From positions 1 through 64,000 of IMG/VR virus record IMGVR_UViG_3300027769_001114: 64,000 nt of DNA, one strand, 5' to 3'. This document shows positions 35,513-45,081 of the stretch, in pieces; the stretch's first letter is position 1, and every line of letters starts with the position of its first letter. The notes under the pieces were generated by a model. It worked only from the letters and a program-made list of their open reading frames with translations, searched no databases and was not told where the DNA came from. Both the position numbers and the translations under genes were made by a program. Source of the DNA: a virus.

Positions 35513-35866
35513 TCAGCCTTCAACAACTGTGAATGCAACCGTCATGTTTGAGCCGGCGGTACTTGAACCGACACCTGATATATCAAGACTGACAAGATCG
35601 CCTTTTGCGAAGTCGCAGTTGGCTGCAGTAAGTGTTCCTTCATCCGAAGTTCCAGCGGCGGCAATCGAGAACGCTGCTGCTACATCAGAGCCGACCTTGA
35701 GGTCTGCGGTAAGAGCGGAGCCTACTGGGGCCGTGGTCACAGCGACATAAGCACCAGTGATTTTGCCGGCGAAGGGCATTGCCATCGTGACGATGCTCGT
35801 GCTCGCGTTCAGACCACCCGGGATTGTCATGGTGATTGTTGATGGGGCTAAGACTGCTGTTGACAT
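35513..35866 (-). CDS. small beta-rich protein, likely capsid decoration/cement type
   Basis: A/T/S/G/V-rich; PFAGKITGAYVAV..FAKGDLVSLDI; AAAGGA SD; own terminator. Confidence 0.6.
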   Translation of the reverse strand: MSTAVLAPSTITMTIPGGLNASTSIVTMAMPFAGKITGAYVAVTTAPVGSALTADLKVGSDVAAAFSIAAAGTSDEGTLTAANCDFAKGDLVSLDISGVGSSTAGSNMTVAFTVVEG

Positions 35867-35953
35867 ATTTGATGTCCTTTCGTGGGTTGGTGAAAGAAAT
35901 ATAACAAGAAGATTTGATGTCAGCTACTAGACAAAGGTTGGTAGTATCCGCCA

Positions 35954-36472
35954 ATGCCTAGCATTATTGGACTTGACCTCAGCCTCACCTCAACGGGAGT
36001 TTGCTCAAAGGAAGGTTCGTTTGCTTATCAACCAAAGACGAAAGGCATGGAACGCCTCGCAAACATCCGAGATGAGGTCATGCTTGTTGTCACCGCACAG
36101 GACCACCCGATTGTCATAGTGGAGGGTTATTCGTTCTCTTCCCGAAACAGCCAGTCTCACGCATTGGGTGAACTGGGTGGCGTAATGAGACTCGCCCTTC
36201 ACGAAACGGGGATTTCATACATTGACGTTCCTCCAACAAGCCGGGCAAAGTTTGCTACAGGCAAGGGGAACGCGTCCAAGAACGAGGTTGTCTCTTCTAT
36301 CTCGGCTAGAACCGGGATCGTGTGGAGTGGCAAGGGGGCCGACGATATGTGCGATGCGTGGATATTGCGTCAAATGGGACTAGCGCATCTCGGTGAAAGC
36401 GAATATGATTGGCCTGCGGTCAATATGGCGGCACTAGACAAGATTGACTGGTCGGGATTTCCGTCCGCGTAG
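35954..36472 (+). CDS. RuvC-like Holliday junction resolvase
   Basis: IIGLDLSLTSTG, VEGYSF, GELGG, DMCDA. Confidence 0.88.
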   Translation: MPSIIGLDLSLTSTGVCSKEGSFAYQPKTKGMERLANIRDEVMLVVTAQDHPIVIVEGYSFSSRNSQSHALGELGGVMRLALHETGISYIDVPPTSRAKFATGKGNASKNEVVSSISARTGIVWSGKGADDMCDAWILRQMGLAHLGESEYDWPAVNMAALDKIDWSGFPSA

Positions 36473-36485
36473 CACTGAGGTACCA

Positions 36486-36836
36486 ATGAAAAGTAATAGG
36501 AACGCACCAATCAGCCAAGTAGACATCGAGGAAGAGATCATTAGGTTGATCGGCGACCTTGAGTCGGAGACGGAGACTTTTGAGACTCTGTCGATTGACG
36601 CTGCCAAGAAAGAATCCCGATTCAAGTCAGAGTGGGCCAAGGCGTACCTTTCGGCTCAGGGTTCAATCAAGGAACGCGAAGCCTGGGCCGACTATCAAAT
36701 ATCTGATCCGCATATGGACTGGAAGATCGCCGACGGACTACTGCGCGCAAAACGGGAGAAACTCGCTAGCATCAGGTCGTCAATCGACGCGCTCAGAACT
36801 CTGAACGCAAATGTCAGGGCGCAGGTGATGTCGTGA
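36486..36836 (+). CDS. hypothetical coiled-coil protein
   Basis: GAGG SD before ATG 36486; GTGA overlap downstream. Confidence 0.7.
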   Translation: MKSNRNAPISQVDIEEEIIRLIGDLESETETFETLSIDAAKKESRFKSEWAKAYLSAQGSIKEREAWADYQISDPHMDWKIADGLLRAKREKLASIRSSIDALRTLNANVRAQVMS

Positions 36837-37612
36837 ACCACAACATCAACCCCGCACTTCAAGATCTTGCCCTGCCTGTTGAACTTCTCGAACCGTTGCC
36901 CGGAAACCCGCGCATCGGTAACGTCGACGCGATCGCGGCGTCCTATAAAGAGTTCGGGCAGGTCAAGCCCATCGTGGTCAAAGCTCAGCCCGACGGCACT
37001 TATGTCGTCGTGGCTGGCAACCATCAGCTACAAGCCGTGAAGCGTCTTGGATGGTCTCATGTTGCCGCCGTACAAATGGACGGCGACGATCAGAGGGCGG
37101 CCGCTTTTGCACTCGTAGATAACAGGGTCGCCGACCTTGGGCGCACTGATCCCGCACTGCTACACGACATTCTCTCTACGGTGAACGAGGAGTTCCCCGA
37201 ACTATTTGAGGCCGTGGGCTGGGACGAGTACGAGGTTGCCTCCATCGGGACCGACCTAGAAGAGCTCTACAGTTCAATCAACGGAAATGGTGCTGCTGGT
37301 GCATACATTCCGCCGGTACTCATGGATCCCGTTATGCCGATGGGCGTCGAGACTAGGGAAGACGGAACGAAGCAGTACACCGCCCCTCCAGCCAGCGATC
37401 AGAGGGCGACGGCGGCACAGGGTGCGGCGGCAGCTGGTTCTTCTGGTGGCGGCAAGCAAGCCGTATTCTCGTTCAGCCTCGTGTTTGATGACAATGCGCA
37501 GATGAGCAGATGGTGGGACTTTGTGAAGTGGCTCAGGGCGAGCCCTGCATACGACGGCGACACGATCGCATCCAAAGTCATGTCGTTCATTGACGCCCAC
37601 AGCGAGGTCTGA
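36833..37612 (+). CDS. ParB/Srx N-terminal domain protein
   Basis: PGNPRIG..EFGQVKPIVV..VAGNHQL..ALVDNR. Confidence 0.88.
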   Translation: MNHNINPALQDLALPVELLEPLPGNPRIGNVDAIAASYKEFGQVKPIVVKAQPDGTYVVVAGNHQLQAVKRLGWSHVAAVQMDGDDQRAAAFALVDNRVADLGRTDPALLHDILSTVNEEFPELFEAVGWDEYEVASIGTDLEELYSSINGNGAAGAYIPPVLMDPVMPMGVETREDGTKQYTAPPASDQRATAAQGAAAAGSSGGGKQAVFSFSLVFDDNAQMSRWWDFVKWLRASPAYDGDTIASKVMSFIDAHSEV

Positions 37613-37613
37613 G

Positions 37614-37844
37614 ATGAGTGCCGTATGCGAATACTGCGGACACGGCCCACACACCCCGGCCGCCTGCCCGTTAGTAAAGAGCGTTGAGTTCTTTCCCGAT
37701 GGGAGTATAAAGAGGGTCGAGAAGTACGAGTCTTCATCTTTCGGTGTTCCCTCCAAGACATATGCCTCGGGTCAGCCACAGGGGACGACCGTCCGTTGGA
37801 GCGACCCGTTCCAAGGAAAAGTGGACAAGGAAGAACCGCATTGA
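37614..37844 (+). CDS. small Cys/His protein
   Basis: CEYCGHGPH..CP; GAGG SD. Confidence 0.6.
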   Translation: MSAVCEYCGHGPHTPAACPLVKSVEFFPDGSIKRVEKYESSSFGVPSKTYASGQPQGTTVRWSDPFQGKVDKEEPH

Positions 37845-38044
37845 CCGAGTTATGGCGCAAGGTTTTGACGAGCAAGTTTGGCCCCGAGATAGTCGTTGAG
37901 TGTTGCCGTCTACACAAAGGGCACTACAACGGAGGCAGATGGGGGAACTGCGGCAAGTGCGGCGCAAGACCCGTCATGGTTCCCATGACATGGGAGCAAG
38001 CAGACGAGAAGATGTCTCAGAATAAGGAGGACAACGATGTCTAG
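37841..38044 (+). CDS. small zinc-finger-like protein
   Basis: CCRLH..CGKC; TTGA overlap. Confidence 0.55.
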   Translation: MTELWRKVLTSKFGPEIVVECCRLHKGHYNGGRWGNCGKCGARPVMVPMTWEQADEKMSQNKEDNDV

Positions 38045-39182
38045 GCAGAGAATGTTCCTTGATATGTCATGCGTTGACGCAGCAAGGGAACGAATCAAAC
38101 ACATCTACGACACCTTTGACACGGTGTGCATACAGTTCTCCGGAGGCAAGGACTCAACGGCAGTTTTGTACCTGGCGAAGGAACTCCACGAGGAGCGTGG
38201 CCTCGGGCCGGTGAAGGTCATATTCCGAGACGAGGAAATGGTCAGCCCACTCGTCGTTGACTTCATTGAGAAAGTCAGGAACTTTGACTGGGTTGATATG
38301 GAGTGGTACTGCTTGCCCGTTGGGCAGGAGTGCTGGGTTCTCGGCAAGAGGGAGTATGTCTTGTTGTGGTCAGAGATGCGCAGGCTTCAGGGCAGACTCA
38401 TTAGGCCAATGCCATCGTGGGCAATCCACGCCGGGCATTTTGGGATGGGCGCAGATAAGCCACTCCCCGAGCCAATCGACTACTACACAATGCAAGGCAA
38501 GAAGGGGCGCACCGCTTTCATCACGGGCGTGCGAGCAAACGAGTCGATGGTTCGTTTCCGTTCGGTGGTGAACAAGTTGAACGAGAACTACATCACCAGG
38601 CCGTACAAACTTCAGAAGTCAATACCACTCATGCTTGCCAAGCCGATCTACGACTGGGTTGCAGCCGATGTGCTGAAGTTCATTCAGGAGGAGCACGGCG
38701 CAGAGTGGTGCGAGTACTACGACGTCGCCGCCATGGTTGGTGGTGTACAGCGTGTCGGCATCCCACTGCACTCGGTCGCAATCAGAAGATTAAGGGACTA
38801 CACGGCCGCCGAACCCGAGTGGTTTGACAGACTCTACGACTGCTTTCCTCAGGTGGATGCGCAGTATCGGCTCTGGCCCGAGTTTGATGTGGACGCCTAC
38901 ATCGCCGACTATGCCGCCGACGGCTGGGATGGTGTGAAGAGGTGCATTGACGAGAACATGCTCACTCCTGGAATCAAGAGGACGGCACAGGCAGCTGTTG
39001 CCGACTTTAGGAAAAAGCACATCACCGACTCGGTCTCGTACCCAATCTCGTGGCTCGTCAGGACATTGGTTATGAATGAGTTCCATACAACTTCGGCGAG
39101 ACCCGTTGGGCCGAAGACTAAGGACTGGAAGAGGAAAGTAGCCGCCGAGCAGGAATATCTTGCGGCACAGGATGGAGAATGA
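38037..39182 (+). CDS. PAPS-reductase-family (IbrA/YbdN-like) PP-loop protein
   Basis: FSGGKDS, FRDEE, ITGVRANES..R, KPIYDW. Confidence 0.88.
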   Translation: MSRQRMFLDMSCVDAARERIKHIYDTFDTVCIQFSGGKDSTAVLYLAKELHEERGLGPVKVIFRDEEMVSPLVVDFIEKVRNFDWVDMEWYCLPVGQECWVLGKREYVLLWSEMRRLQGRLIRPMPSWAIHAGHFGMGADKPLPEPIDYYTMQGKKGRTAFITGVRANESMVRFRSVVNKLNENYITRPYKLQKSIPLMLAKPIYDWVAADVLKFIQEEHGAEWCEYYDVAAMVGGVQRVGIPLHSVAIRRLRDYTAAEPEWFDRLYDCFPQVDAQYRLWPEFDVDAYIADYAADGWDGVKRCIDENMLTPGIKRTAQAAVADFRKKHITDSVSYPISWLVRTLVMNEFHTTSARPVGPKTKDWKRKVAAEQEYLAAQDGE

Positions 39183-39183
39183 A

Positions 39184-39744
39184 ATGACACTAAACATTGA
39201 GACCGTACATATTGACTCACTAAAACCCGCCCCCTGGGCATCGTCGCACTTATTGCGTCCTGACGAGAGGCTGCTCTTGCAGTCGCTCGCCGATTGGGGT
39301 TGGTTGCAACCACTCATAGTCAGGGTTGAGGACAGGACGATCATTGACGGCAACCTCAGATGGGTTATTGCTAAGGAGCAGAAGCCCGTGATGGCCAAGG
39401 TCGGCGATCAAGTTCCTGTTGTCTGGGTGTCCTGCGACGAAGTTGACGCCATGATTATGCACGTCAGAATGAACAGGGCAAAAGGCATGGTGGTCGCCAC
39501 CAAACTGTCGGCTTTGCTCAAATGGGTGATTGCGTCCAATAAGTACGACAGGCGTACCGTACAGAACCTTCTCGTTATGACCAACGACGAATATGAGGTT
39601 CTCGTTGAGGGGTATTACCTCAAGAGGAAGTCCATCAAAGAACACACCTACTCCCGCGGTTGGGTGCCGGTTGAAGCACCGAAACCCGGGACGGCAGTTG
39701 CCGGGGACATCTCCATTGAGAGGCCCGCAAACAGGGATAACTAA
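39184..39744 (+). CDS. ParB-like (IbrB/YbdM-like) protein
   Basis: WGWLQPLIV..IIDGNLR..HVRMNRAKG. Confidence 0.85.
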   Translation: MTLNIETVHIDSLKPAPWASSHLLRPDERLLLQSLADWGWLQPLIVRVEDRTIIDGNLRWVIAKEQKPVMAKVGDQVPVVWVSCDEVDAMIMHVRMNRAKGMVVATKLSALLKWVIASNKYDRRTVQNLLVMTNDEYEVLVEGYYLKRKSIKEHTYSRGWVPVEAPKPGTAVAGDISIERPANRDN

Positions 39745-39804
39745 CAGAACCGTGGCCTGTGGTATGGTGTCGCGTACGAAGTTGACACGCAGGGGAGTAC
39801 CAAA

Positions 39805-40173
39805 GTGCCTCAAGGAAGAGTTGGAGCAGACACCGAACAGGGCATGGCTTTTGGCCCCGGCGTCCTTTACGATACAAGCGATGGCGGACTGAACCCAACC
39901 GGATTCGGCGTACCTGGCGAGAGTATTTTGGCACCCCCCGTACCCGGTACTGGAGCCGGCAGGGCTCTTGACAATCCCCCTGGAGCACCCGAGACACCGG
40001 CACCAAGTTCAACCCCTCGTTCACCAACCGCCCCTAGTGGCACCGCCGCGCCAAGGCAGTCAAATACTCGCCCTCCACGCAATAGCAACAGGTCAAGAAG
40101 GCAGGGCAATATCCTTTCAAGGGCATTGCGCAATGTTGCTGGCAGACTCCGCGGCACAAACAACAACAACTGA
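39805..40173 (+). CDS. Pro/Arg-rich low-complexity protein
   Basis: GGGGAG SD before the GTG; basic C-terminus. Confidence 0.6.
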   Translation: MPQGRVGADTEQGMAFGPGVLYDTSDGGLNPTGFGVPGESILAPPVPGTGAGRALDNPPGAPETPAPSSTPRSPTAPSGTAAPRQSNTRPPRNSNRSRRQGNILSRALRNVAGRLRGTNNNN

Positions 40174-40186
40174 TTAGGAGGCAAAA

Positions 40187-40810
40187 GTGCTCGTCACAGT
40201 ACGCGAGCTCGCTGCCTACATGGATCGCGAGTTGACCAACAGGCAACAGGATGCGGCGGAACTCGTCCTCGCTGGTGTACAGGCCGAGATCGAGGCGTAC
40301 ATCAACCGCCCCGTTGAGATTAGGGAGTTTACGGAGACGCACATCGTCCCCGAGGACACCCTCTACATCAACACCGAGTCATACTTCTACGACCGTTCGT
40401 TGGACACCACTAATGCCAATATCCGCGTTCTTATGCCGACCTACACCATCCACTTGGCAAATGCGCCGATTACCTCCGTCTCAAGTGTGATACTGAATCC
40501 GTTCGGATATCCGTCGCCCGATCCCGTTGAGTTTAACGAGGGTCAGCAATACCTCGTGAGGAAGTACGGACTTGATCTCTACTCCGTGTGGGCTGGCGAC
40601 ATGATTGAGGTCGTCTATGAGGCTGGCCTCCCGGCGAACGCCTTCATCAAACAGGTCATGATCCGTGCCGCGTCTAGGGAAATGCAGAACATGACCGACG
40701 ACGTTGTGGGTCTCAAGGACTTTCAGAACAGGGCCGCCACTATTGCCGAGATCGGCTTGACTCAGGCAGACAAGGCTGGCCTTGACGCGTTCAGGCGTAA
40801 GCAAATATGA
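40187..40810 (+). CDS. head-to-tail adaptor/connector
   Basis: LVTVRELAAY..IEAYINRP..IEVVYEAG; position before the tail genes. Confidence 0.75.
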   Translation: MLVTVRELAAYMDRELTNRQQDAAELVLAGVQAEIEAYINRPVEIREFTETHIVPEDTLYINTESYFYDRSLDTTNANIRVLMPTYTIHLANAPITSVSSVILNPFGYPSPDPVEFNEGQQYLVRKYGLDLYSVWAGDMIEVVYEAGLPANAFIKQVMIRAASREMQNMTDDVVGLKDFQNRAATIAEIGLTQADKAGLDAFRRKQI

Positions 40811-41289
40811 GTCAAGTCACCGTCAAGATCTCGGTCTCCGCAGATACGACGGAACTTTCAGCCATGCGCAGAAATATGGGTTCATACCGCATCCCACTGC
40901 AAGAAGGTGTGAACTACCTCAGGACAGCCTTTCAGGAGAACTTTGACTCCAGCGGCTCGATGGTCGGAGGTTGGAAACCACTAGCACCAACGACCAGCCT
41001 GTGGAGGGCGAAGCACGGCTATCCGCCGGTTGCCCCCATACTCGTGAACAACGGATCGCTTCGCGCCGCCGTCTTGGCCGCCCGTGGCGATGTGGGTGCT
41101 CAAGAAGCCAGGTTGACTATCAGTAACAGGCTCGCTCCATTTCACCAATACGGAAGCCTCAAGGGCAGGTTGCCTCAACGTGAGATCGTCTTTGAGCCTG
41201 CTGGGTTTGCTGACCTTATGGCTAGGCGCATTAGGGCGCACATCATGCCGAACACATTCTCGGCCGACCTTAGGGCGTTATTCCCATGA
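40807..41289 (+). CDS. virion morphogenesis / tail completion protein
   Basis: WKPLAPTT..ILVNNGSL..HQYG..LPQR. Confidence 0.75.
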   Translation: MSQVTVKISVSADTTELSAMRRNMGSYRIPLQEGVNYLRTAFQENFDSSGSMVGGWKPLAPTTSLWRAKHGYPPVAPILVNNGSLRAAVLAARGDVGAQEARLTISNRLAPFHQYGSLKGRLPQREIVFEPAGFADLMARRIRAHIMPNTFSADLRALFP

Positions 41290-41915
41290 TGTCCGGACCG
41301 TGGTCAGCAAAGGAGTATGTGTCCTACTACCTTCAGGAAGACTTGCCAAAACGCATCATCGGATACAGGAACCTGTGGCAACTTGACTCAGAACGCCTAC
41401 CCGTTCCTGAGAAGTATTTCTCGTATGAGCCGCCAGCTCTTGACCATTGGCCCATGCTGATTACGGTCGCCCTCTCAACTCCGTCAATGACAAGGACGGA
41501 CTACACCGACGGGATGAACCCCGTCTATCGAGTTGCCTACAACATGAGGACATACATCTGGGTCAGGCAGCCTCATGCCGAACTCGCTACAGAGAGCAGG
41601 GACAGGTTGACTACCGTCATCCGTTCTGCGCTCCTGGATAGGCAGTCTCTTTCGTCGCTTGACGACGAGAATCATGAACTCCTCATTGACGAAACCTCAA
41701 TGCGGGAAGAGTTCTCGGATATCACCTATGTCAAGGGTGATCGAGCTGTTGCCGGTTCGTTCATTGCTTACACATTGTCGCTAGACGAGGCCATAACAAG
41801 GCCCAATGTGTTCACGCCGACGGCGACGGAGATTGACCCAGATACCGGTGTCGCAAACGGTACGACTACGGACGTTTCAGGTATCTACGGGGTGTTGTCC
41901 CCGGATGAGGGTTGA
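41286..41915 (+). CDS. probable tail terminator/neck protein
   Basis: Size and position between the neck and sheath genes. Confidence 0.55.
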   Translation: MMSGPWSAKEYVSYYLQEDLPKRIIGYRNLWQLDSERLPVPEKYFSYEPPALDHWPMLITVALSTPSMTRTDYTDGMNPVYRVAYNMRTYIWVRQPHAELATESRDRLTTVIRSALLDRQSLSSLDDENHELLIDETSMREEFSDITYVKGDRAVAGSFIAYTLSLDEAITRPNVFTPTATEIDPDTGVANGTTTDVSGIYGVLSPDEG

Positions 41916-41933
41916 CTAGGTTAGGATTTCCGC

Positions 41934-42305
41934 GTGGCACAGGTCTTGATTTTCAATATGACGCAGAAAGCCGTCGTCGTCTCATCCAATGGGACGATTG
42001 TCAAGGCTCGCTCAACGGCAACAGCCGACGATTCAGATCCTGTCTTGACATCTGCTCTCAAGAGTGGTCGTGTGGTGCTAAAGTCCACCCCACAACCCTC
42101 AAAGGCAGAAGAGCCCAAGGTGGAAGCAAAGCCAGAAGAACCCGCACAGGAAGTAGAAGCACCGGCCGAGACGTTAGTCGTTGAGGAAGAGGCAGAAGCT
42201 CCCGTTGAGGAATCGGGCGAAACAGCGGGCGAAGAACCCGAAGAAACCCAAGAAGAAAACAAGTCGAAAAGGCCAACAAGGCCAAAAGTGGCGAAGGAGA
42301 ACTGA
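41934..42305 (+). CDS. small protein with an acidic tail, preceding the sheath
   Basis: TAGGAT 6 nt before the GTG; TGATG coupling to the sheath gene. Confidence 0.7.
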   Translation: MAQVLIFNMTQKAVVVSSNGTIVKARSTATADDSDPVLTSALKSGRVVLKSTPQPSKAEEPKVEAKPEEPAQEVEAPAETLVVEEEAEAPVEESGETAGEEPEETQEENKSKRPTRPKVAKEN

Positions 42306-43783
42306 TGCCCGGCGTAGTCGTCAACACAGGAGTTAGGGTCGGAGGCACTGGGGTAGAAGTCGCCCCCAGTAGCACATTCTTCGTGGTCGGAACCGCAGAA
42401 CGCGGTCGCGTTGCTACGCCGTTTGTCGTTCGCAGTATGGCTGACTTTGAGGCAGAGTTCGGCGGATATGACGCAAACTGCACTCTTTATCAACACATTG
42501 AGACATTCTTTGAGGAAGGCGGCATCCGTGCCGTAGTCCAGAGGCTCGTTGGGCCAGACGCAACCGCTGGAACGGTCAGCCTTCTTGACGCCGAAGACGA
42601 TGTCTGTATGACCCTTACTGCAGCCAATGACGGCGCATGGTCATCCAGTATCCTGGTCACGATCATTAAGACATCCAGCACCTACTCGCTCGTCGTCAAG
42701 TTTGATGGCACAACGGTGTTGAGTTCGCCGAGTCTTGCTTCAGTAGCAGAAGGCATCGCCCTCATCAACAGTCGCATCTCAAGCATCGTTGTCGCAACAG
42801 CAGGTGTCTCAAGTCTCATTCCTGCCACTCAGACTGAGTCACTCAGTGCTGGCGATGACGACATTGACAACGTTGCGTTCACAAACGACGACTTCGTCGC
42901 CGCGCTTGACAACTTTGGAGATGACCTTGGCACCGGTGCTGTGGCTATCCCCGAAAAGAATGGCTCAACCATTTGGGGCGGACTCAGGGATCATGCCGAA
43001 GCCACAAAGAGGATCGCCATCTGTGGTTTTGATGAAGCCGATTCTGCAGATGAAGCAATCGCCGACGCCGAAGACTACGCCGGAACCACATCTGGTGCCA
43101 AGTCCATTGCAAGCCATATGGCTTTCTACTGGCCGTCGGTATCGGCTCCAGACGGAAACGGCGCAACGCGCACTTTGTCACCAGAGTCATACGTGGCGGC
43201 AGTTAGGGCCAGGAACATCATCGCCAACAGAGGACCATGGAAGCCTGCCGCAGGCGTTTCGTCTTCAGCGAAGTTTATCGTCGGTCTCGTCAACGATGGG
43301 GTCGCCACCAAGGTCAACAAGACCGTTGGCAATGCTCTTGACGAAGGTCGAGTCAATGCCATCCGAGTCATTGACGGACAGATCCGCATCTACGGTGCGC
43401 GTTCTGCCTCGGCTGACGAAACCAACTGGCGTTACATCACATACCGCGACACAGTGAACCAAATCGCAACTGATTGCGAAAGCTCGCTTGAGAAGTATGT
43501 GTTCAGCCCAATCGACAGCAGGAAGAACCTCTTCGGCGCAATCTCGTCAAGCCTCACCACAATCCTTGAGGTTGTCAAGGACAACGGTGGTCTCTACGCA
43601 ATGGTGGACACCCTTGGCACGCAGGTTGACCGCGGTTACTCAATCGAGGTCTCCGATGCTCTCAACCCGATCACGGAACTTGCACAGGGCAAGATCGCCG
43701 CTAGGGTTGGAGTACGAGTCGCTGGTGTGGCCGACCTGGTCACTCTGACGATCACGAAGTCAACGCTAACAGCAGCACTCTGA
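42305..43783 (+). CDS. contractile tail sheath protein
   Basis: MPGVVV..FVVGTAERG..FFEEGG; PWKPAAG; VNAIR..IYGARS..WRYI. Confidence 0.92.
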   Translation: MPGVVVNTGVRVGGTGVEVAPSSTFFVVGTAERGRVATPFVVRSMADFEAEFGGYDANCTLYQHIETFFEEGGIRAVVQRLVGPDATAGTVSLLDAEDDVCMTLTAANDGAWSSSILVTIIKTSSTYSLVVKFDGTTVLSSPSLASVAEGIALINSRISSIVVATAGVSSLIPATQTESLSAGDDDIDNVAFTNDDFVAALDNFGDDLGTGAVAIPEKNGSTIWGGLRDHAEATKRIAICGFDEADSADEAIADAEDYAGTTSGAKSIASHMAFYWPSVSAPDGNGATRTLSPESYVAAVRARNIIANRGPWKPAAGVSSSAKFIVGLVNDGVATKVNKTVGNALDEGRVNAIRVIDGQIRIYGARSASADETNWRYITYRDTVNQIATDCESSLEKYVFSPIDSRKNLFGAISSSLTTILEVVKDNGGLYAMVDTLGTQVDRGYSIEVSDALNPITELAQGKIAARVGVRVAGVADLVTLTITKSTLTAAL

Positions 43784-43802
43784 GAAAAAGGAACGAAAAA
43801 AA

Positions 43803-44312
43803 ATGGCAAAGATTTCACAGCGCCAAGTAGTAGCCAAAGTCATCGCCATCGAAGGCAAGGGCGGGCGCGACACGACTGCAAACAGTTTCAGCAGTGCCAC
43901 GAGGGCTTACTTCTCGCAAGTTTCTGGCGGAGAGATTCAGGCATCAGTAGAAAAGGTCTACGACGGCGGATCGACCTTCCCAGAAGTATTGCCTTCGGTC
44001 ATCGAAGTCGGCGACGTCACCGTCACTCGTCACTACGATCCTGCAGTTGACGCTTCTGTCATCTCGTTTTACAGGGACAAAGTCGGCAGGCAGTACTTCA
44101 GGGTTGAAATCTTGACGCTTGACGCAGACGGCAACCAAACTGGCTACACCCGCAAGTACGAAGATTGCATCCTCGTCAACATCACCGAGCCAGACGGCGA
44201 CGCCTCTTCAGGTGGACCCGCAACCTTCTCGTTGACGTTCTCGGTCAGTAAGGCGACCGACATTGCCTTCACCGGCACGACGCCCACCCCCGCAACGACA
44301 GTCGTCATCTGA
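43803..44312 (+). CDS. tail tube protein
   Basis: FSQVSGGEI..YDGG..GDVTVTRHYD; follows the sheath gene. Confidence 0.85.
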   Translation: MAKISQRQVVAKVIAIEGKGGRDTTANSFSSATRAYFSQVSGGEIQASVEKVYDGGSTFPEVLPSVIEVGDVTVTRHYDPAVDASVISFYRDKVGRQYFRVEILTLDADGNQTGYTRKYEDCILVNITEPDGDASSGGPATFSLTFSVSKATDIAFTGTTPTPATTVVI

Positions 44313-44377
44313 CGCAAGAGGCGTACATCCTCTGCTAGTCTCCTAGTTGTCTTACTACGACACTATGGAGGCTACAA

Positions 44378-44869
44378 ATGGACGGTATTGACAACGACGA
44401 AATGTACTCGCACCCGGTTGACTCTGGTGAGAGCACGCTCAGTAAACTGCGCAACGAACTCACCAAGAAGGTGCGCCGACCCGAGATCTTCCTTGAGGTT
44501 CCAGAGCGTCCCAGCATGGCTGTTCGCTACTCGCCGAACATCAACCAGAACCAAGTCCGCGCATGGCGCAGGAACTCTGGCGAGGACACAAAGAACGGCA
44601 TGGACGCAACGAAGTTCGCTTGCTATGTGCTTGCCAACACTTGCACCGGAATCATCATGGACGGCGAAACCGCAAGGGACGACCGTGGCGACGAACTTGT
44701 ATTCGGTTCAGACGAGATCATGAAGATGGTCGGAGCAGAGCGCGTGCAAGAAGCCATTAGGTCTATCTATGTCGTTGAACCGCACATTGAAGCAACTGCG
44801 CTTGCCGTCATGGAGGCCGCCGGGTTCAATGACTCGGTTGAACAGGTGGACCCTACGAAGCAGCCCTAG
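44378..44869 (+). CDS. tail assembly chaperone (G)
   Basis: Lies between tube and tape measure; ends VDPTKQP. Confidence 0.75.
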   Translation: MDGIDNDEMYSHPVDSGESTLSKLRNELTKKVRRPEIFLEVPERPSMAVRYSPNINQNQVRAWRRNSGEDTKNGMDATKFACYVLANTCTGIIMDGETARDDRGDELVFGSDEIMKMVGAERVQEAIRSIYVVEPHIEATALAVMEAAGFNDSVEQVDPTKQP

Positions 44870-45048
44870 ACTGGCTGCTCGAAGAACCACATGTCGTCTC
44901 TGCAGCGAGAATCGCTGAGATGTTCCATATAGATCCCATCACCGTTCTTGGGTCGGATGACTTTAACTGGATGCTCCGCGTCGCTTGTGCTAAGGTGGTC
45001 GCACGCGACCATGAAGCTCAATCCAGTAAAATGAGGCAGGGCAACTAA
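44842..45048 (+). CDS. -1 frame extension of the chaperone (G-T frameshift product)
   Basis: Open -1 frame ..LDWLLEEPHVVSAARIAEMFHIDPITVLG..WMLRVACAKVV..; no upstream start of its own. Confidence 0.65.
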   Translation, partial: TGGPYEAALDWLLEEPHVVSAARIAEMFHIDPITVLGSDDFNWMLRVACAKVVARDHEAQSSKMRQGN

Positions 45049-45081
45049 TGGTCGCCGTCTCTGCGTAGGAGGTGACCAAAC

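Noticed and set aside
38037-39182. cysH-type sulfur auxiliary metabolic gene
   Set aside because: Length, motifs and the IbrB-like neighbour fit the IbrA/YbdN group, and no other sulfate-assimilation genes are present.
44864-44918. +1 frameshift at the CCC-TAG shifty stop of the chaperone
   Set aside because: The +1 frame closes after about 17 codons, whereas the -1 frame holds the protein-like extension.
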